DNA of 64,000 nt from Chiloscyllium plagiosum (lineage: Eukaryota): positions 10,699,341 through 10,763,340 of the forward strand of contig NC_057719.1 of assembly GCF_004010195.1 (NCBI RefSeq). Reading direction: 5' to 3'. A model generated the notes under the pieces. It saw only the letters and a list, made by a program, of their open reading frames with translations, made no database searches and was not told the origin of the DNA. Position 1 is the stretch's first letter. The number at the start of each line of letters is the position of its first letter. Shown in pieces: positions 59,961 to 64,000 of this stretch. The translations under genes and the position numbers were made by a program.

Positions 59961-62019
59961 AATAATGATCCCTGGGATAAAAGGCATGTTGTATGTTGTG
60001 GTTGAGGACTCTGGGTCTGTACTCAGTTGAGTTTAGTAGGATCGGGGGATCTGATTGAAACAGACCAAATACTGAGAGGCCTGAATCGAGAGGACATGGA
60101 GAAGATGTTTCCACTTGTAGGACAGGCTATGACAAGGACACAGCCTCAGAGTGAAGTGATGACCCTTTAGAACTGAGATAAGGAGGAATTTCTTCAGCCA
60201 GAAGGTGGCTAAACTGCAGAACTCATTGCTGCAGAAGGCTGTGGAGGCCAAGTCATTGAGTGTATATAAGGCAGAAACAAATAGGTTCTTGATTAGTCAC
60301 AGGAATAAAAGGTTATATGAAGAAAACAAGAAAATGAAATTGAGAAACATATCAGCCATGATCGAATGGCGGATCAGACTCAATGGGCCGAATGGCCTAA
60401 TTTTGCTCCTATATCTTATAGTCTTATGGAAAAGGAAAGGGAAGTAATGGAAGGAAAGAGACTGGAAGCTCAATAAATAGATTCAGTGAGAAAATTTTAG
60501 GACATTTGACTCAATAACTCTTCATTATACATGATGGATGTTAATTGAATTTTCCTGTGGCCCTGATCTCCTGTTTTTCCTGCAGTTTAGACATGGCTTC
60601 TCAGTTCCACACAGATTGTTTGCTGTAGTGGCCTTCTCCGCTAACTGATTCCTCATGGTTTTTAGTCTTTGAACAAACAGACCATGTTGAATTTCCTACA
60701 TGAAACTCCTTTGTTTTAACAGATTATTTCCATTTCTCAATGCCAATCCCAATGGATTTGGTGTGAATTTGTGCAAACTGATTTGCGCGGCTCCACTGTT
60801 TAGCATAAATTGGGCCTATTGAATAGGTTTCAAGCCTTTGCAGGTCAGAGAGTGGAAAATTCTTCTATATTTTGACCCTCCCTTCCGTCATAACAGAGGC
60901 ACATTTCACTATTGGAAAACAAAGCCCACGTGTTAAAGAAGTGTCTCGCTGGGTATTTAATCTAACATCTATCTCCAAAACATGTATCAAAGTCTGATCT
61001 TGTTAAGCTAATGTTAAACAACTCATTTCACCTCCCTTCTTTCCTTCTCTCAAGGCGCTCTGTAACTTTGGTACAATGTCAGCCAACAATGTAAATTGGG
61101 CCAAATCAAAATCCTTGAAGAGCTGCTGATTTCATTCAGAAATAGCAAGTTACCCAATTGCCTGGCATGTCTGGGGATTAGCTTATCCCCGTGATTCGAA
61201 TAAGCTGCTGGCCACTGTTGTGCCTGACAAATTACATTCAGCAAATAAAGAGGAGGGGATTATTCCAGCATTGTGATAAAGTCAAGTTCATTAAAATGAA
61301 TTGGAAGGAGTGCTTTAGCAACCTCCTTGCGAACAGTTAGCCAGAGATTACGAAGCAAATTTTTAACTTAATTGGGAGGCACGACTCCTGACATTTGTTT
61401 AGTTTTGCATTCCAATGACAGAAAAGGAAGTTATACCCCACACGGACGATGGAGGTTTCAGGCTGCAATTTTGTGTTTTCTGTACGAATTTACCAAAAGT
61501 GCAGCTTGCTTTACAGAGTTGAAGGAGGGGAGCCCTCCAGAGATTTCACTGAAGAAATTGTTTTACATTCATTCAATGTATTAAACTTATAAAACCATGT
61601 AATATGTGCCTCAGTGTGTCATTTGACAGCAAATCTGCAAGCAGTAATAGAAAACTGACTCAATGTTACAAGGCTCTACTAGCACCATGACATCCCCTCA
61701 ATATGAAGAATATTTATTCCCATGACTATATTTACAATTGCTCAGTTGTTTGGTAACACAGAATGTTTGCTGATAAATGTTTGCGCTCATCAGGACAAAT
61801 AATGGAGACCAAATTTCAAAAAGAACAACAATTTACACTGTATGATAGAAAGGTAAAGCAACCAATCAACATTCTTTCTTCAAGCAGTAGAAACTGGGAC
61901 TCCCTTTGAAATCTGGAATTCTTGCAATTTTGTCCTGAGGAGTGCAAGACAAAATCCTTCAACAGCATGTCCTTCTTCCCAAAATATTTAAATTATTTCC
62001 TGGTATTGTGTGCAGTTCT

Positions 62020-62475
62020 GGAATCCAGGGATGTGATAGCACTGGAGAGGGTGCAGAGGAGATTGGACAGACGGGGATGGTTTTCCTTAGAGCAGTGGAG
62101 ACTCAGAGGGAAATAAATGAAATTATGGGAGCCATAGATAGGGAAGAAGGAAAGATTGATTCCCCTTAGTACAGGGATTAATGATGGGGACATATATTTC
62201 GGGTAAATGGCAGGAGAGTTAGAGAAGATGTAAGGATAAACATTTTCATCCAGAGGGTGGTGGGTATCTGGAACTTAGTGCCTTTAGGGATGGTACAGGT
62301 AGAAACCCTCATAACATTTAAGAAGTATTTAGATGTGCACTGGTGATGCACAGGCATACAAGGCTATGAACCAAGTGCTGGGAAATTGGATCAAAATTGT
62401 TACGTGGTTGTTTTGATGGTATAGACTTGATCGGTCAAAGAACCTTCATCAATGCTGTAGATCTCTCTGACTCTA
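62020..62475 (+). mobile_element. CR1 3' fragment
   Basis: RDVIALERVQRR..FSLEQWRLRG. Confidence 0.85.
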
Positions 62476-62974
62476 AAATTTGTTTTTATTTGAGAGCAAG
62501 ATGAAAAGCTTTAACAACATGCCCCTTTTTCAGAAATACTTAAATTATTTCTTTGTGCATCTTTGTTTTTGGAAGCTGTGAGAATGGTGAGAATGTCTCT
62601 GTTCTGGTGCTGGTTTGGTAAATGCCTCTGCACCTTCATCTCACAAGCCTCTGCCTGCTTTACCAATGAATTGGCTATTTACAGGTCATATTTCCCCATA
62701 TACTGGAGCAACACTACATGCTTTCAAAAATAATTATCCAATTAAACAAATAAATAGCTTAAAATTCACTGGGTTTCAATGAAATTGAATAATTTGAGGG
62801 CTCCTAGTCAGTAGCTGCAGTGAGAGACCAAGTCGACAGGATATCATGAATGACAGTCTAAACCTATTTCCTTGACTATAGCTTTCTTCAGGCACACCTC
62901 CCTTTTGAAAATGCTCTTTGGCTCCCTCTTATAAAAAGGGCAAAAATGCTCATGGATTTTTTTTTCTCTCATGG

Positions 62975-64000
62975 GATGACAGCATCGCTGGCTGGGCAAG
63001 TATTTATTGTCTGTCCCTTGTTGCCCTTGAGAAGGTGGTGGTGAGCTGCCTTCATGAACTGCTGTAGCCTGTGTGCTGTAGATAAACCCACAATGCCATT
63101 TGGGAGGAAATTCCAGGATTTTGACCTAGCGACAGCAAAAGAACTGCATTATATTTCCAAGTCAGGATGGTAAGTGGCTTGGAGGGAAATATGCACGTTT
63201 TTTCTGCTGCCCTTGTCTTTCTGGATGAAAGTGGTCACGGATTTGAAGGTGCTGTCCATGGATCTTCGGTGAATTTCTGCAGTGCATCTTGTAGATAGTA
63301 CAAAGTGCTGCTGCTGAGTTTCGAGGGTGTAGATATTTGTGATTGTGGTACCAGTCAAGCAGACTGCTTTGTCCTGGATGGTGTCAAGCTTCTTGAATGC
63401 TGTTGGAGCTGTACCCATCCAGGCAAGTAGGGAGTTTTCCATCATATTTCTGCTTGTGTCTTATGGATGGTGGACAGGCTTTGGAGAATTAGGAGGTGAG
63501 TTTCTGGCCACAGTATTCCTAGTCTCTAACCTGTTCTTGTAGTCATTGTGTTTTTGTGGCAAGCCCAGATGAGATTCTGGTCAATGATAACCCTAAGAAT
63601 GTTGACAGTGAGACATTCAGTGGCGTAATACCATTGAAATGGAATTCATATGGAATACTACATGGAATTCATTGTCACAGAAAGCTGTGGAGGCCAGGTC
63701 AGTAAGTATATTTAAGACAGAGATAGACAGGTTCTTGGTTGTCAAGGGGATCAAGGGTTACAGGGAGAAAGTGGGAAAATGGTGCTGAGGAACATGTCAG
63801 TCATGATTGAACAGCAAAACAGACTCTATGGGTCAAATGGCCTAATTCCTGTTCCTATGTCTTATGCTCTTGAATGCCAAGGTGTGGTGGTAAGATTGTC
63901 TCTTATTAGAGATGGTCATCACTTGGCATTTGTGCGATGTGAATGCTACTTGTCACTTTTCTGCCCATTCCTGGATATTGCCAAGATCTTGTTACATTTG
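62975..64000 (-). mobile_element. LINE family 2 with nested plus-strand CR1 3' end (63640-63870)
   Basis: MENSLLAWMGTAPTAFKKLDTIQDKAVCL. Confidence 0.85.

Larger units (their letters stand above)
58780..60430 (+). mobile_element. CR1 LINE, fragmented by Penelope (59095-59300) and a DNA transposon (59530-59960)
   Basis: RVLKEKAEKIVEPLVVIFQESL..DWK..DVTPLFKK; FFSQKVAKLQNSLLQKAVEA. Confidence 0.85.

Overview
Repeat-dense eukaryotic DNA with four assembly gaps, from an intergenic region or a large intron. The tRNA-derived HE1-type V-SINE with CR1-shared tails, together with the abundant CR1, L2, Rex/Babar and Penelope elements, points to a cartilaginous fish (shark; inference). I find no supportable host protein-coding exon. 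Every recognisable ORF is a decayed retroelement fragment: CR1 RT, Penelope RT/GIY-YIG, Gypsy pol or Rex/Babar. Most notable: (1) many Penelope-derived terminal units carrying minimal hammerhead-ribozyme cores, several forming short hairpin insertions with 11-15 bp target-site duplications (TSDs); (2) non-coding bipartite elements with a Rex/Babar-like AAGATGGCG 5' end and a Rex/Babar-like 3' tail around variable, minisatellite-containing interiors, one bounded by an 8-bp TSD; (3) two solo-LTR families with 4- and 5-bp TSDs; (4) several repeat-free islands that may be conserved non-coding elements. Repeat boundaries were read by eye and are approximate unless a TSD is cited. Family names are from recognition, not database searches.
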